A stretch of DNA of 55,552 bases, the filler included, from Sphacelaria rigidula (taxonomy: Eukaryota): assembly GCA_964200075.2 (NCBI GenBank). It is 3 parts of 3 records of this genome, joined end to end, with 100 filler letters (N's around TTAATTAATTAA, not from the genome) between each part and the next. Parts side by side here need not be neighbours in the genome. Positions count along the whole stretch, not along the records: positions 37,106 to 55,552 come from CAXNAA020000855.1; 2 more parts are not named here. The stretch is one strand, 5' to 3'. Positions within the stretch are counted from its first letter, which is position 1, and every line of letters starts with the position of its first letter. Shown here piece by piece: positions 52,801 through 55,552 of the stretch. The position numbers and the translations under genes were made by a program. The notes beneath the pieces were generated by a model that worked only from the letters and a program-made list of their open reading frames with translations, searched no databases and was not told where the DNA came from.

Positions 52801-55552
52801 AGAGGAGAGAGATATGACCTGCGCGACACTGTTACCCCTGAAAAGTGCGCAACGGTTCAGGATCATGAAGTGCAATACATGATCAACAGTGAGCTTCGAT
52901 GCCCCCGTGCTCTACCTGGACATGTTGAAGCCAGCTGTGGCGGGGTCTAGCCTTCGCACCCTGCACCCTGGCAGGTACAACGTTTCCTCAGGAGGTGGTG
53001 GTTTTTGTCGGTAAAAATATGAGACGTGAGTAGCACAGAGGGCTTTTGCGGGAGTCGCCATGGTATGGGAGTGTCAGTCATGATGCAGTCCGCGATACCA
53101 AAATGTCGGACATGTATCGGGGAAAAGAAGACGGACTCGTCCCAAAGAAGGGGAGTATGGCGAAGAAAGAGCGAAACATACGACACAGACGCTCCCGCTT
53201 TTTTGTTTTCTCGTGGATCCTTGCTGGGGCAGTGTTTTGACGAGGATCTTGCTGTGGTAGCGAGAAAAAGCAGAGACACCCATCTGTCCACCGTCTTGTG
53301 TACAGCATGTCGTATTCCGGGAAGGTTGCTCGCGCTCATCGCGATAAGTCACGTTTCTGGCCATAATCGGTAAATGGCTTGTGATTTGTTGGCGCATTTT
53401 GCGGTAACCCACATCACTGTTGGTAAGGCTGGTTTTGAATACTTCGAACTTTCGGCGCACGTCCCACATGCGATCTACCCCTATGTCGTATTCTGTTGCT
53501 AAAGGAAATAGTGATGGAAGCGGCTCCCTTGTACGAACGCGGCGATGAAGACGTTCCTTAGCATACACACGACACGTGTTGATTGTGGCCGCACACGCTG
53601 CATGTATCCTGCCCACTTGCAGACGCCTTTGCTCAGCATTCCCTTTTGTCTTTAGGCAGATTAGGCAGGGGAAGTGTGAAAAGAGGAAAAACATTTGTGC
53701 CCCTGTTTTCGGTTGTATATCCACCGAGAAGACAAGCAATATTCCGCTGTTCATTCCTTGTCACCATGTGATTCCAGCGTACAGCTCATACCGGCCTTGA
53801 ACCTCTGGCGAAGGTGAGGTCGAGAACGCCGCACTAACTCATCACCAGAGGGTGTTGAACACCGTCATCAACCGTACCCTCGATTATGTGTCTCGAGATA
53901 CCTGTAAATGTGCGCCGAGGCGTGGGCGGTTGTGACCACGAATGCCTCGACAACGATGATGCGATGATGCTGACCACGAGTGTATTCTATTTGAGAGACG
54001 CCTTGGGCACACCTGTCTAGCACACATGCTTGGAAGGCTGCAATGTCTGGCCGGAGCTCTCGCGATGATCGCACTCGTACAAGTCCTCATCCGCATCCGG
54101 ATGCTTCCACAGAGATGTTTGGGGTATGTTCGTATATATTTCTGCAAGGCGCAGGCGTATCTCACCCTCTTCGTCTCGTTAGGCCATACCCTCTCTGACG
54201 GATTCGTGTTTCTAAATGAGGATCATGAGATTGTTTTTATCATGTCCTACTTTGGTAGACGGATGGATGGTATATGGCCTCCTGAAGTGGGCGCTTCCTC
54301 TAGACCGACAGGTAACAACAACGCGCATTACGGCAGGTATGAATCTTGCTGAACGTTCCAATTTTGCTTTTGTCGTCCCACCACGATCCTTGACTGCTTC
54401 AGCAGGTAGCCGCAGACCAGAATTGTGGACCGTGCTTCATCCGTCAGTGGACTCAAGTGATTGTGCACTCGCGATTTTTGTGGAGCGAGCGCCGTATGTT
54501 GCATTTCGTGTGTCTTGCAATAGCAGCATGAGTTGGTTTGGTTTCCGCTGCCAGGGCTAGGAGCAGTGGCTTGTATTGCTTTTCTTGACGTCTTCTGCCA
54601 TGGTCTATAGTGCGTTGTTGGTGATATGTCCCGGTTGTGCGTTGCAGCACACAGTATTCCCCCTGGTGAGCTGCTTGAGTATTTTTGTTTTCGTTACATT
54701 GTTCGCCCATATGTGATCGTTTCCACAGAACATGCCGTGTTGGACCTTGTACTCCGGCAGGTGGCGCAGAAAGCCAAGGAATATACAAAAACCTTACAGT
54801 TCCGAAACAGTCTTGGGCTTTACCTGGCCAAACCATCTGTGCCTGGCTGTAGACAACATGAGTTGAACGTTTGACTACTCTGCGGCTGGAGTATTTTGTA
54901 GCCTGTCCTTGCTCGCCTGGTTACCGGTACTCGCTTGTTGTTGTCGAACAGCGTACCAGCTCTGGCGAACTTTTGTTTAGGTGACGGGGCGACCGTAGCT
55001 GCTGGTCCTGTTGCTCGGTATTGAGGGTAAGTAGCTTGTGCTTGAAGAGTGATTGGGGTAATCGGTATCAGTATGCATACGTCCGAGTGTTGTTGGGTAT
55101 GGAACTGCCGTGTGTGTATGGGGGAAGGGAGGGAAAAGGATGTCAAGAACGTTTCGAGTGAATAGTTATGCCAGCGCTAGTACGATAGGGACGGATATTT
55201 GAGTGAGTAGTGACTTCGGTGGTATTCATACCATTCCCGGAGAGACAAGGAAAGGGACTCTGTGTCGTGGTGATGGGAGGTGACAAGCGGCACAGATGAA
55301 CGGAGACTGTCTACAGAGGAATTGGGATTTACCTTGGAGAGATGTGTACGCAGCGTCGGTATTGATGGCGAGCATATTTTGCCAGCGACAATGTTGCTGG
55401 TGTTGTTGAGTCAGAACGGTGGTTTGTTGACGGCTTACCTGAGTCCAGCTGACATGACGTCTCTGGCACACAGGGCAAAAGAGACCCTGCACCGCAGCAA
55501 CGAGAACATGCGGGCGGTGCAGAAGAACAGAGATTCTTATGTAGGAGGACAT
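43900..55552 (-). other. Region without MITEs or recognised repeats, containing protein-like minus-strand fragments; unidentified
   Basis: Several minus-strand ORFs of 100-226 aa and frames that continue through isolated stops. No family motif confidently recognised. Confidence 0.25.

Overview
Eukaryotic, gene-poor and transposon-dense scaffold sequence. GT-AG introns, TTAGGG repeats, RTE-clade LINEs with (CAA)n tails and long G/C homopolymers suggest a brown alga or related stramenopile; this is inference, not proven. Two 100-bp assembly gaps each contain an artificial TTAATTAATTAA linker. Most identifiable sequence is nested mobile DNA: a decayed RTE LINE split by a pogo-type DNA transposon, two more RTE 3' fragments, hAT-, Tc1-, piggyBac- and Harbinger-like non-autonomous elements, and a family of about 200-bp TGT...ACA MITEs carrying telomeric repeats. 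Probable host genes are few. They are one intact two-exon gene encoding a disordered protein (29038-31463), the 5' exons of an Hsp70/HSPA12-like gene running into a gap, and a decayed CMGC-like kinase. Two long minus-strand regions look like unidentified decayed coding sequence. I found no CRISPR array, RNA gene or demonstrably new multi-gene system. The best leads are the telomere-repeat MITE family, the TOS-like-motif protein and the roughly 500-bp foldback inside a TIR element. All alignments were done by eye.
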